This document shows positions 1 through 9,679 of a stretch of 53,773 nt of DNA, piece after piece (position 1 is the stretch's first letter; the number at the start of each line of letters is the position of its first letter). Made by a program: the position numbers and the translations under genes. The notes below the pieces were generated by a model that had not been told where the DNA came from, made no database searches, and worked only from the letters and a program-made list of their open reading frames with translations. The DNA comes from a virus. Taxonomy: Duplodnaviria; Caudoviricetes. The stretch lies in IMG/VR virus record IMGVR_UViG_3300027985_000172, positions 1 to 53,773 of that record. One strand, written 5' to 3'.

Positions 1-144
1 TGGTGAAATTTCTTATGACCATTCTGGCGAGTGGATGAAACCACAGACATTAGAAAAAGCCCTTGCAGAATACATGAAGAAATACCGTGTAGGTAAGACA
101 AATCACGCGGGCGATAAATCTGCTGAGACAGTGTTTGCTTTCCC
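1..144. repeat. Terminal direct repeat, left copy (assembly circular overlap)
   Basis: Identical to 53630-53773 and lies inside a continuous reading frame. Confidence 0.95.
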
Positions 145-316
145 TATTACAAAAGAGATTTCCACAGCACTTGGTATTCAGTCTGGCAGGGAGGGGGCTA
201 TTGTTGGCCAATATATTCCTGATGATAACGACTGGAAAGACGTGAAAAGTGGAAAATACCCTGCTTTCTCTATTGGAGGTAGGGCAGTGGGTGGAAACCC
301 AAGACTGAGAGGATAG
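1..316 (+). CDS. XkdF-like prohead protease, 3' part
   Basis: NH and KSGKYPAFSIGG motifs; located between portal and scaffold/capsid. Confidence 0.8.
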   Translation, partial: GEISYDHSGEWMKPQTLEKALAEYMKKYRVGKTNHAGDKSAETVFAFPITKEISTALGIQSGREGAIVGQYIPDDNDWKDVKSGKYPAFSIGGRAVGGNPRLRG

Positions 317-317
317 A

Positions 318-1154
318 ATGACCGAAACATATGAGCTAACTGAGCTTGAGCTTCTTGAAATTAGCAGGGTTGGTGCTGGTGATGATCCTCTCGCTAAAGT
401 AGCCCTCCTTAAAAACAAAGAGGAATCAGACGTGACTGAAGAAAATAGTGAAGAGCTAGAAAAGGGGGTAAAGATTGAAATCGAAGTCCACACCCCAGAT
501 GAAGAACTTGCTCTAGAACAACTTGATATGCAGCAAGAAGCACAAGACGGCATGACACAAAAGACTCGTAAAAGCTATAAAGCAGAGGCAGAAGCTCTAG
601 CAGAAGCTAATGAAGCCCTTATGGAAGAGCTAGACACCTTTAAGGCTAAGGTGGAAGTCCTTGAGAAGGCCCTTCAAGATAAAGCTGATGTAGAGAAAGC
701 TAAGCCTGAAGAAATGCTTGAGTTTGATGGTGAGATGATTGCTAAAAGTGCAATTCCTGCACCCATCCTAAAGAAGCTTGAAGAAGACAAAGCTGCTCTA
801 GAGGAAATCAAAAAGGTCCGCGAAAAGGAAGCCCTTGAAAAGCGTGCCGAAGAAATCCTTCCAAATACCATTGGCACTGTAGAGAAGAAAGCAAAAATGC
901 TTAAGGCTCTCGAAGGTGACGAAGAAATGCTGGAAATGCTACGCGCTATTGATGCAGCTTTCGCAAGTCATTTTGAAGAGGTTGGTAAGGGGAAAGCTGT
1001 AGAGTTTGAATCTCCTCAAGACGAACTTGACTCCATGATTAAAGCCTACATGGACGAGCATAACGTTGAAAAGGCTAAAGCAACGGTTGAAGTCACCAAA
1101 TCTGGGGCAGGCCGTGAACTACTTCTAAAAACCCAGAAAAAGGAAACTAAATAA
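318..1154 (+). CDS. Capsid scaffolding protein
   Basis: Acidic coiled coil with LELLEISRV...AKVALLK N-terminus; upstream of capsid genes. Confidence 0.65.
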   Translation: MTETYELTELELLEISRVGAGDDPLAKVALLKNKEESDVTEENSEELEKGVKIEIEVHTPDEELALEQLDMQQEAQDGMTQKTRKSYKAEAEALAEANEALMEELDTFKAKVEVLEKALQDKADVEKAKPEEMLEFDGEMIAKSAIPAPILKKLEEDKAALEEIKKVREKEALEKRAEEILPNTIGTVEKKAKMLKALEGDEEMLEMLRAIDAAFASHFEEVGKGKAVEFESPQDELDSMIKAYMDEHNVEKAKATVEVTKSGAGRELLLKTQKKETK

Positions 1155-1522
1155 TGTATTCTGATATTCAATGCAAAGACTACATCGCCGCTGCTGACCT
1201 TTCAGCCCTGCAATACACTTTTGTTGCTCTTAATGCCACTGGTGGCCTTGTTGCTGCAACTGCCAACGCTGCTGCTATTGGTGTTCTAATCAATGCCCCA
1301 ACTTCGGGTCAAGCCGCCACTGTAGCTGTTGCAGGTCGCCCCCAAGTGTATGCTTCGGCAGCTATCACCGCTGGTGCTGAGATTGCTGTAGCCACTGGTG
1401 GTAAAGCCAAGACCGCCGCAAGCACTAACGTCATTGTTGGTCGTGCAATCACCGCTGCTTCTGCTGCTAACACTTTCGTTACTGTAGAGCTTCTTCCCAT
1501 CGCCCAATCGGTAAAAGCATAA
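1154..1522 (+). CDS. Capsid decoration/cement protein (DUF2190-like)
   Basis: Small Ala/Gly/Val-rich protein with AIGVL..AP..G..ATV...G, immediately before the major capsid gene. Confidence 0.7.
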   Translation: MYSDIQCKDYIAAADLSALQYTFVALNATGGLVAATANAAAIGVLINAPTSGQAATVAVAGRPQVYASAAITAGAEIAVATGGKAKTAASTNVIVGRAITAASAANTFVTVELLPIAQSVKA

Positions 1523-1534
1523 GGATAGACTGAC

Positions 1535-2521
1535 ATGGCTTTTAACTCAACTCCTCAGGCTGTTCATGTTGATGAATACCTCACTAACTACGCCATTAAC
1601 TACGCAACGGAACAAAACTTCCTTGCTGATAAGGTATTCCCTGTAGTTAACGTAGAAAAGCAAAGTGACAAATACTACGTCTTCGATGCTGAAAACGAAA
1701 ACCGTGAGTTCAGCAATCTGGTGAAGAAGGCTTCGGCCCGCACTCTCCCCAACATGTTTGAAGTCACCCAATCGAGTGACAGCTACTTTGCTGAACACTA
1801 CTGGGCAGGTTTTGACATTGATGTGTTCACCGCTGCTAACGAAGACATGGCCCTCCGCACTCGTGAGCGTAAGGCTAAACTTCTGATGGACAACCTGATG
1901 AAGTATCGTGACCGCGATTTCATCTCTACTTTCATGACTACAGGTGTTTGGGGCAGTGATCTTGCTGGCACCACCAACTTCACCAAATGGTCGGATAGTG
2001 CTTCAACTCCTCTTGATGATGTTCAAACTTGGAAAGATGCCTTTGAGATTCGTAACTACGGTGAGAAAGTAAACACTGTTGTAATCACCAAAGACATTAA
2101 GCGTCACCTTCTGAAGAACGCTCAAATCCTTGGCCGTATCAATGGTGGGGCTACTGTTGCTTCTCCTGCTCTAGTGAACGACTCGATCATCTCTGCTCTC
2201 TTTGAAGTTGATCGTGTTATCTGGGCTGACGCAGTTAGCAACAAGAAGGAATATGGCGAGACTGCTGCCCCTGCTCGTATGCTCTCGAACCAAATCCTGA
2301 TGTGCTACACCGCACCCAATGCTGGTATGGACACCAAGACTGCTGGTCAAATCTTCGCTTACAACGCTGTTCCCGGCTTCACTTGGGGTATTACCATGGA
2401 GTCGTTCGATACTGACGAACAACGTAAGCGTGGTATTGCTGAAGAAGTTCAAGGCAAGATGGCTTATGACATGAAAGTCACTGGCGCTTCGCTCGGCACT
2501 TACATTTCGGCTGTTGTCTAA
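1535..2521 (+). CDS. Major capsid protein
   Basis: 328 aa; HVDEYLTNYAI..., FLADKVFPVVNVEKQSDKYYVF, KWSD..S.PL.D; highly biased codons; hairpin downstream. Confidence 0.85.
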   Translation: MAFNSTPQAVHVDEYLTNYAINYATEQNFLADKVFPVVNVEKQSDKYYVFDAENENREFSNLVKKASARTLPNMFEVTQSSDSYFAEHYWAGFDIDVFTAANEDMALRTRERKAKLLMDNLMKYRDRDFISTFMTTGVWGSDLAGTTNFTKWSDSASTPLDDVQTWKDAFEIRNYGEKVNTVVITKDIKRHLLKNAQILGRINGGATVASPALVNDSIISALFEVDRVIWADAVSNKKEYGETAAPARMLSNQILMCYTAPNAGMDTKTAGQIFAYNAVPGFTWGITMESFDTDEQRKRGIAEEVQGKMAYDMKVTGASLGTYISAVV

Positions 2522-2529
2522 CTTCTCTT

Positions 2530-2556
2530 GGGGCTGCTTTCAGGTGGCCCCTTCCT
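2530..2556 (+). terminator. Probable intrinsic terminator or attenuator after the capsid gene
   Basis: GGGGCTGC-tttcag-GTGGCCCC hairpin with a weak pyrimidine tail. Confidence 0.55.
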
Positions 2557-2581
2557 CCTACCCGACATAGGAAAACTAAAG

Positions 2582-3010
2582 ATGATTTCATTTGAATTTC
2601 AGAAAGATTGGCCGATTTTCGTCCGTAGTCGCTATGACAAAGTGATCTATAAGGGCAAAGAGTTTGAATACCAAGACCATATCCCTTGGAAAGAGATGAA
2701 TATTCCAGAGGAAGTGGTCAAGGCTTGGTTCCTTGCTGACCTTGTGTATCACGACACTGATCTAGAGAAAGAAACCAAGGTTGGTGATCGACTCAGTGAG
2801 TTTGATGGCAGCGACCTAAAGAAAATTGTTGATAGTCTAAACACTATTCTTAAGCAACGAACTAATTCCACCAACGAGTTTAATTCTAAACGGTGTAGGC
2901 AATCAACCATTGATGATAAGCAACGTGGTCTTATCCGCTCATGGCTTCGGTCTAATCGTTGGGCAGAAGACGACTTCTTTGCAATTCGAGATAAACTTCT
3001 AGGCGAGTAA
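2582..3010 (+). CDS. Hypothetical virion-module protein
   Basis: ATG at 2582 after AGGA, preferred over the TTG start at 2528. Confidence 0.6.
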   Translation: MISFEFQKDWPIFVRSRYDKVIYKGKEFEYQDHIPWKEMNIPEEVVKAWFLADLVYHDTDLEKETKVGDRLSEFDGSDLKKIVDSLNTILKQRTNSTNEFNSKRCRQSTIDDKQRGLIRSWLRSNRWAEDDFFAIRDKLLGE

Positions 3011-3025
3011 CAAGAGGAAACCCAG

Positions 3026-3484
3026 ATGGCTTTTACCTATGACCCTACAGACCTAGATACAAGCACTACATCTGGGAAACTAAACACTGTTCGCCTTCTT
3101 GTTGGTGATACAGACAGCAATGATCCACAAGTTCAAGACGATGAAATTTCCTTTGCCCTTAGCGAACACACAAACATCTATAGCGCCGCTGCTTTTGTCT
3201 GTAGGTTCATTGCTGCTAAATATGCTAGGTTAGTTACTACACAACTAGATGGTGCCCTACAAGCCGACTATAGCGACTTACAGAAGCAGTATATAACACT
3301 AGAAGCTTCTCTAAAGGCCCTTGCTAAAACTGATGATGGTAACACTCTGGGGGTTGTTGCAGGTGGTATCTCTCTTGCTGATATGGCTCTTGTAGAAATT
3401 AATGCAGACCGTAACCCCCCTGCTTTCAAGGTTGGGCAGTTTGATAACCTAAATGGAACCACTGATGATTATTGGGGGCAATAA
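3026..3484 (+). CDS. Head-tail adaptor
   Basis: VRLLVGDTD...QVQDDEI motif; position. Confidence 0.7.
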   Translation: MAFTYDPTDLDTSTTSGKLNTVRLLVGDTDSNDPQVQDDEISFALSEHTNIYSAAAFVCRFIAAKYARLVTTQLDGALQADYSDLQKQYITLEASLKALAKTDDGNTLGVVAGGISLADMALVEINADRNPPAFKVGQFDNLNGTTDDYWGQ

Positions 3485-3843
3485 TGTTCTCTCCATACTC
3501 ATTAAATATGCTCCTTAATCAGCACGGCAAGACTATTACGCTAACCAAGCAAACCTTTGGTAACTACAACCCTGTAATTGGTTCTGTAGAAACTACCACA
3601 GCTACTTATTCAATTAAGGGCTATTTCTTCGACTATGTAGATAATATGGTTGATGGTGATAGTGTTCAACGTGGTGATCGTAGGGTTGTTCTAAAGAATA
3701 TACAAACAAATGGTAGTGCTACACCACTTCCTGATAGTGATGATTTAGTTACAGATGGAACAACTACAATGAAGGTTGTCAAGGCTTCTGTGATGGAATC
3801 CCAAGGGAATGTTCTGTGCTACCTACTACAAGTGAGAACCTAA
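3484..3843 (+). CDS. Head closure / head-tail joining protein
   Basis: G.YNP..G and VDGDSVQRGDRRV motifs, C-terminal LQVR; TAATG coupling. Confidence 0.65.
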   Translation: MFSPYSLNMLLNQHGKTITLTKQTFGNYNPVIGSVETTTATYSIKGYFFDYVDNMVDGDSVQRGDRRVVLKNIQTNGSATPLPDSDDLVTDGTTTMKVVKASVMESQGNVLCYLLQVRT

Positions 3844-3844
3844 C

Positions 3845-4318
3845 ATGGCCTATCAAGGACGGGCTACAGGTGTTGGCTTAAGTAGTATTATCAGGAAGAT
3901 TGAGGATCAACTAGAAGAAGTTCCTAAAGTCTTCTTAAAGAAGGTGGCAGAGCATATTGTCAATGTAAGCCCTGTCTGGTCTGGTGAATATGTAATGGCG
4001 CATACACTGGGGAATAGGTCTGCTGGTGGTCAGTTTACAAAGCTAGAGCAGGGTGGTTGGTCCGTAAAAGAACGAAGACCTGCTGAACCTTATAAGAGTG
4101 CTGCCTTATTAAACTTGACAACAGCTATTGATGCTTTACCTGTTGGATTTACACAAGCAGCCATTTCAAACTATAGCCCTCATGCACAGATTGTTGAGTA
4201 TGGTAGTAGTTCCTTTGATGTAAATCCTGCTAGAGAAGGTCACTTCGTATTTAGTAGTGCAAGAGCAGAAGCAAACAGATTTCTACAAGAAGCAATTTCT
4301 GAGGTAAAAAGCAGATGA
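3845..4318 (+). CDS. Neck / tail completion protein (HK97 gp10-like)
   Basis: SPVWSGEY and NYSPHAQIVEYG motifs. Confidence 0.65.
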   Translation: MAYQGRATGVGLSSIIRKIEDQLEEVPKVFLKKVAEHIVNVSPVWSGEYVMAHTLGNRSAGGQFTKLEQGGWSVKERRPAEPYKSAALLNLTTAIDALPVGFTQAAISNYSPHAQIVEYGSSSFDVNPAREGHFVFSSARAEANRFLQEAISEVKSR

Positions 4319-4725
4319 TTTATGATGATATTCGTGCTGCTTTAGAAAGCCATTTGCAAGGGGTAGTTGGGCTTCCTGCTATTGCTTACCAGAACCTTTC
4401 CTTCACTGAAACTACAAATACTTCCTATATCAAAGCCACCCTTGTCCCTACATCTCGTAGACCCGCTGTAGTAGGGACAAACCCACAACAAAGATACAAT
4501 GGACTCTTCTCCATCTTGATTTGCACACCTGCTGATAGGGGAAGTAGTGCAGGTTATAGATACGCAGACATTGCTTGTAAGGCTTTTGATGCAACTACAG
4601 ACCTATTTCATGGAAGCCTAGTTATCAGCCTTGATTATGCTGAAGTGGGTGCTTCCTACTATGACTCAACTTTCTACTGCACACCAGTCACAGTAGGCTG
4701 GCACACTTACTACAAGGAGACTTAA
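4315..4725 (+). CDS. Tail terminator protein
   Basis: IRAALESHL, IAYQN..F, G.FSILICTP..RG; directly before the tail tube gene. Confidence 0.65.
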   Translation: MIYDDIRAALESHLQGVVGLPAIAYQNLSFTETTNTSYIKATLVPTSRRPAVVGTNPQQRYNGLFSILICTPADRGSSAGYRYADIACKAFDATTDLFHGSLVISLDYAEVGASYYDSTFYCTPVTVGWHTYYKET

Positions 4726-4726
4726 T

Positions 4727-5647
4727 ATGGCTTTCGCACAAGGTTCGCGTAGCGGACTTTCATATGTAGCAGAGACTACTTTCGGTGTCACTCCCGGAAC
4801 ACCCGCCCTCATTCAACTACCAATCAACACACACTCCCTTAACCTCACTAAAGACAGGCTTGCAGGGAATGAAATTCAACCAGACCGCATGAACCGTGTC
4901 TCTCGTCATGGGAACCGTCAAGTAGGTGGTGATATTGCTGTAGACCTTCGTAAAGGCGACTTTGACGCTTTCCTAGAGGGTGCCTTCTTTAATGACTTCT
5001 CCACCGATGTTCTTAAGGTAGGAACTACACTTAAAAGTTTCTCTATTGAAGATGCTGCACTAGACATTAGCCAATATCGACTGTTTACTGGTTGTGCCGT
5101 TAGCACTGCTGCCTTCAGCATCAAACCAAACCAAATGGTCACTACCACCTTTACTATGGTGGGTAAGGACATGTCGGTTAGTGGCACTTCGGTAGACCCA
5201 ACCAAAACTGCATCAAGCACTAACGCACCTTTTGATGCTTATTCAGGTAGCCTAACCCTTGGTAACGCTGGTGGTTCTCTCTCAAGTGTTGCTACCATTA
5301 CGGGTATTGACTTCACCCTGAACAATAACCTTGCCCCCACATTTGTTGTTGGCTCTAGTTCAACCCCACAACTTGAGTTTGGCCGTGCAACTGTGGAAGG
5401 CACCATCTCTGCCTACTTTGAAGACCTTTCTCTTTACAACCGTTTCCTTAACGAAGTAGAGACTGCTTTTGAAGTGTCTGTAGATGACCCTACTGGTTCT
5501 AACGCTTACACCTTCCTATTCCCACGAGTTAAATTCAATACTGGTGATATTCCTCTTGATGGGGAAACCTCTCGGACAGTAAGCATTTCCTTTGAGGCTC
5601 TTTATGACGCCACCGAAGGAACTAACATCAAACTCACCCGTTCGTAA
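4727..5647 (+). CDS. Major tail tube protein
   Basis: YVAETTFGVTP, EI.PDR....RHGNRQVGGDI and YTFLFPRVK motifs. Confidence 0.85.
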   Translation: MAFAQGSRSGLSYVAETTFGVTPGTPALIQLPINTHSLNLTKDRLAGNEIQPDRMNRVSRHGNRQVGGDIAVDLRKGDFDAFLEGAFFNDFSTDVLKVGTTLKSFSIEDAALDISQYRLFTGCAVSTAAFSIKPNQMVTTTFTMVGKDMSVSGTSVDPTKTASSTNAPFDAYSGSLTLGNAGGSLSSVATITGIDFTLNNNLAPTFVVGSSSTPQLEFGRATVEGTISAYFEDLSLYNRFLNEVETAFEVSVDDPTGSNAYTFLFPRVKFNTGDIPLDGETSRTVSISFEALYDATEGTNIKLTRS

Positions 5648-5740
5648 TTCTTAGGGAAACCTGAGAAGGGCTGTAGGCTTTGTCGGGGAGTTTGCAGCCC
5701 ATTTATCTTTTCTCCCGACTATACTAAAGGAACCCCGACA

Positions 5741-6160
5741 ATGGCAATCAAGAAAACTCAAGGTTTTGACCTTAACGATCTAAAACCAACCTCTGATACT
5801 ATTGTGGTAGATCTTAAGCATCCAATCACTGACGAACCTCTCCTTATGGATAGTGGTTCACCAATGAATATTACGGTGATGGCCCCCTATTCGGCAGGCT
5901 ATAAAAAGGTCTTTCACGACCAAGCCAATAAACGCATTCAACGTAATGCTAAGAAAGCCAAGGAAATCACTTATGAAGATATTGAGGAAGGTTCGCTAGA
6001 CCTTCTCTCTCGGACTACAGTTGAATGGTCTTTGCAACTTGGTGGTTCTTCTCTTGCATTCTCGCAAGCAAAAGCCAAAGAAATCTATTCTGACTTCTTC
6101 TGGATTAAAGACCAAGTGCTAGAGGCCCAAGGTGATCTAGCAAATTTTATGAAAAGCTAA
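5741..6160 (+). CDS. Tail assembly chaperone (lambda G-like)
   Basis: Lies between tail tube and tape measure genes; ends with a slippery heptamer. Confidence 0.75.
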   Translation: MAIKKTQGFDLNDLKPTSDTIVVDLKHPITDEPLLMDSGSPMNITVMAPYSAGYKKVFHDQANKRIQRNAKKAKEITYEDIEEGSLDLLSRTTVEWSLQLGGSSLAFSQAKAKEIYSDFFWIKDQVLEAQGDLANFMKS

Positions 6161-6486
6161 GTGACCAGTTAAAGAAGTATGCTGAGTGGGACTTCAAATT
6201 AAGTAAACCTGACAAAGATGGTATTCCACAAAGGGATCATTTGAAGCAGGTAGAAAAGCAAATGGGTAAGACCCCTCTTGCTCTTGTCCCACCAGTAGAC
6301 TTCCCAGAAGATATTGGTCATGTGTGGCTTACCTTCCTTGAACTTTCTTCCTGTAGGAGAGATGGTCCTATCACCTACACAGATATTAAAGATTACTTTG
6401 AGGTTACAGGTGACTACTTAAATCCAAGAGAGGTTAGAGTGGTTATGGACCTAGACAAGATTTACATGAGGGTGGCGAATGACTGA
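6142..6486 (+). CDS. Tail assembly chaperone -1 frameshift extension (G-T type)
   Basis: A AAT TTT at 6142-6148; the -1 frame is open from there into ORF 6241..6486 (YEKLSDQLKKYAEWDFKLSKPDKDG...). Confidence 0.75.
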   Translation, partial: KFYEKLSDQLKKYAEWDFKLSKPDKDGIPQRDHLKQVEKQMGKTPLALVPPVDFPEDIGHVWLTFLELSSCRRDGPITYTDIKDYFEVTGDYLNPREVRVVMDLDKIYMRVAND

Positions 6487-8872
6487 TCTAGCACAAATTG
6501 GTATTGGCGTAGACGCCTCTCAAATTAAAACTGCTAAACAAGAACTACAATCCTTGGGTTCTGCCTTTAATAGTGCAGAGCGTAGTGCTGGTGTCTTCAC
6601 GCAAACATTCGACAGGGCCTTCAAAACTGCACAGCGTGACATTCAATATATGAGGCAGAGTGCTAGGGCCTTTCAAGAGATTGTGGGCAAGGCTACCAGT
6701 CTTCAGCAAGCATACAAGAGTGCAAGTGCTTCTGCTGATGTATTTGTAGAACAACTCCGTAAGCAAGAGGCTCAAGCATCAAGAACTGCGGCTGCTAACC
6801 AAAAGATTATCAACAGCCTTCTTGGTGTTTCTGGGAAATCGGCATCTTCTTCTGGTGCAGGTTTTGGTGCTCTTGATGCTGAGATGACTCGTCTCGAGAC
6901 TAAGTTTAACTCGGTTAAGACAGCTTCAATGCTATATGCTAAAGAGCTTGCTGACCTTAATGCTGCACAAGCAAATGGTATCGCAATCACTGGTGGTTAT
7001 GATACTGCCCTTGAAAAGTTAAACCTAGAGTATCAGCAATTTCAGAATAATCAAGCGGGTTTTGGTAATAGATTTACCCAAAGTATTCAAGCACAGACTA
7101 AAGGTCTGAACCGTATGGGGATGGCCTACCAACAACTAGGCTATCAGGCGGGTGACTTCCTTGTGCAGGTTCAATCTGGCACTAACTGGATGGTTGCCTT
7201 TGGTCAGCAAGCCACTCAGGCTGTTGCTGTTTTGCCTATGTTTGCTGGTGCCCTTGGTATGTCAGCGACCACACTCCTAAGTCTAGCAACTGGACTTGGT
7301 GTTGCTATCCCCCTAGTCACCGCCCTTGGTGCAGCGTGGATGAGGACCAATGAGGAGGGTAAGAAAGGGAAGGAGAAACTTTCTGATTATGAAGAGGCCC
7401 TAAAGGGCCTTATTGAAACTGCCAAGAAAGCTAAGCAAGAGGCCCTTGGGTTAGACTTAAATATTAGTGAACAATCTCTTGTAACAGCAGAATATCAACG
7501 TCAGCAACTTATTCAAGAGAGACTTTCTATAGTTGAGCAAGAGAGGGCTTTGACTGGTAGGGATAGACTCCCACTGATTGAGCAAGAAAAAGAAATTACT
7601 AATAAAATTCTTGACCTAAACCAGAGGATTGTTGAGACTAAAGCTGCCTTACGGGCACAAGAAGAGTCCGAAGTAAGTGCAAAAGAAAGGCAATCCGAGT
7701 TAGAGAATCAGATCACCCTAGCAAAAATTTCTCGTGGTGAAAACTCTAAGTTTGTTCTCGCCTTAGAGCGTAAGCTGTATACTGAACAATTAGAGATTCT
7801 GCAAAAACAACTGGGTCTTAGTGATGATCTTGTCAGACGGAAACTTGATCTATATGACGCTGAAGTGAAGGTTAATGAAGAGGCAAGGGAACTAGAGCAA
7901 GCCCAAGAAAACTACAATAAAATGCTTGGTATTGCTGCTGGTCTGTGGGATTCCATCCTAGGTAAAATTCAATCATCTAAAAGTGCTACACAATATATCG
8001 CAAGCTGGCAGGTTGGTGGGTCAACCACAGGTGGTGGTGCGAGTTATTTAGGCTCTCAGTATGCTCTCTATGGTGCAGGTAGAGAGGGTGTTACAGGCAT
8101 GCTACAACAGATTAACCCTGAGAGTGGTGGAACTGGTAACATCCTCACAACTATTGACCCAAATTTCTATAAACCTAAAGGTGGTGGCGGAGGGGGTAAA
8201 GGTCCTTCTGAAGACACTATTGAAAATCGTCTGCAGAAACTCTATGAATACTTAGGGCAGGTAGAGGAATACCAGATTGCTGCTGAGGAAATTGCCCATC
8301 AGAAGCGTGAGGATACACTAAAGGCTGCTCTTGATAAGAAGCTTATCACCCTTCAAGAATATAATGAGCTTGAGAAAGAGATTACTAAGCAGCATGAATC
8401 TGATATTTTAGCTATCCAAGAACAAAGACAAATGGTTCGTCTCTCTGAGGCCGCTGACTTCTTTGGTTCTCTTGCAAGTATTACTAGTTCTGGTGGTGGT
8501 AAAGTAGCTAAGGCTTATGCAACATTCTCTGCTATTGAGGCAACAGTTGATGCTTATGTGGCAGCTATTAAAGCTGCCCGTGAGGCAACAACCCCTTGGG
8601 GTAGGATTGCTGCGTATGCATCTGTTCTAGGCACTCTCCTTAAAGGTGTCTCTGCTATTAAAGCAGCAGGTGGTTCCTCGGGTGGTTCTTCTGCCTCTCG
8701 TGCTACTTCTACAGTGTCAGCTACAGAGTCCTCTCCATCACCACAAACAGTGTATCTAAGTGGCCTTGATCCTAACTCCCTCTACTCAGGGGAGCAACTA
8801 CAGAACCTCTTTGATGCCTTCTACGACGAAAATGACAAGCGCGGTAAAGTGTTTGTTGTAGCAAGAACATAA
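6479..8872 (+). CDS. Tape measure protein
   Basis: 797 aa helical protein with QQLGYQAGDFLVQVQSGT...AFGQQATQ motif and hydrophobic segments. Confidence 0.9.
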   Translation: MTDLAQIGIGVDASQIKTAKQELQSLGSAFNSAERSAGVFTQTFDRAFKTAQRDIQYMRQSARAFQEIVGKATSLQQAYKSASASADVFVEQLRKQEAQASRTAAANQKIINSLLGVSGKSASSSGAGFGALDAEMTRLETKFNSVKTASMLYAKELADLNAAQANGIAITGGYDTALEKLNLEYQQFQNNQAGFGNRFTQSIQAQTKGLNRMGMAYQQLGYQAGDFLVQVQSGTNWMVAFGQQATQAVAVLPMFAGALGMSATTLLSLATGLGVAIPLVTALGAAWMRTNEEGKKGKEKLSDYEEALKGLIETAKKAKQEALGLDLNISEQSLVTAEYQRQQLIQERLSIVEQERALTGRDRLPLIEQEKEITNKILDLNQRIVETKAALRAQEESEVSAKERQSELENQITLAKISRGENSKFVLALERKLYTEQLEILQKQLGLSDDLVRRKLDLYDAEVKVNEEARELEQAQENYNKMLGIAAGLWDSILGKIQSSKSATQYIASWQVGGSTTGGGASYLGSQYALYGAGREGVTGMLQQINPESGGTGNILTTIDPNFYKPKGGGGGGKGPSEDTIENRLQKLYEYLGQVEEYQIAAEEIAHQKREDTLKAALDKKLITLQEYNELEKEITKQHESDILAIQEQRQMVRLSEAADFFGSLASITSSGGGKVAKAYATFSAIEATVDAYVAAIKAAREATTPWGRIAAYASVLGTLLKGVSAIKAAGGSSGGSSASRATSTVSATESSPSPQTVYLSGLDPNSLYSGEQLQNLFDAFYDENDKRGKVFVVART

Positions 8873-8881
8873 GGAAATAAT

Positions 8882-9679
8882 ATGGCTGTTACCATTGTAA
8901 ATACCCCGACCAATGATGATAGTCTTCCAACTATCTTGTATAAAAACCTAATGGCTACAGGAACAGTAAGTGCTTCCTCTTCGGACACAGACTATCCTGT
9001 AGCCAATATTTCTACTGAGGCTACCACAGAATATTGGAAACCTACAACAACACCATCTTGGGTTAAACTTAGCCTTTCCTCTACTACAGACGTAGATGCT
9101 GTTGCTATTGTAGGGCACACACTAGGAACTACAGAATCAACCCTCACCTTTCAGGGAAGTGATGATGATAGCACTTGGTTAGATATTGCTCAAGTATCCC
9201 CTACGGATGATAGCTGCATCCTCCTCTGCTTCTCTACCAAGTCTTACCAATACTATCGAGTTTACATCTCGGGGTCAACTACCTATCCAATTATTTCCAC
9301 CATCTTTGTTGGTAAGAGATTTAGGTTTCCTGCTGGTGTAATGCCCCCTTATACCCCTGTGTGGGCTTGTCAGACGTATGAACTCCTTACTGCAACTACT
9401 GTAGGTGGTCAGTTTATTGGTAACAGAATCCTTGCTACAGGTGGTCAGACCTCAATCAACCTAGTGGCAGTAGAAACTGACTTTGCTCTAAATACTCTGG
9501 AAGATTTCAGGAAGCATTATAACGAAGGGAAAGCCTTTATCTGGGCTATGTCCCCAAGTGAATATGCCACAGATGTAGGTTATGTGTGGAGAACTGAGAA
9601 GAGCATTATGAACCCAACCTTCTCTGAAACTGGTAGTTGGATGAGTGTTGGTATGGAGGTTTACGTCTATGGCGACTAG
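8882..9679 (+). CDS. Distal tail / minor tail protein with carbohydrate-binding-like fold
   Basis: Follows the tape measure gene; F5/8-like AIVGH.L....FQGSDD..TW...YQYYRV. Confidence 0.55.
   Translation: MAVTIVNTPTNDDSLPTILYKNLMATGTVSASSSDTDYPVANISTEATTEYWKPTTTPSWVKLSLSSTTDVDAVAIVGHTLGTTESTLTFQGSDDDSTWLDIAQVSPTDDSCILLCFSTKSYQYYRVYISGSTTYPIISTIFVGKRFRFPAGVMPPYTPVWACQTYELLTATTVGGQFIGNRILATGGQTSINLVAVETDFALNTLEDFRKHYNEGKAFIWAMSPSEYATDVGYVWRTEKSIMNPTFSETGSWMSVGMEVYVYGD

Noticed and set aside
1-144. 144-bp terminal repeat as a biological direct terminal repeat
   Set aside because: It falls in the middle of the protease reading frame and is best explained as assembler overlap of a circular contig
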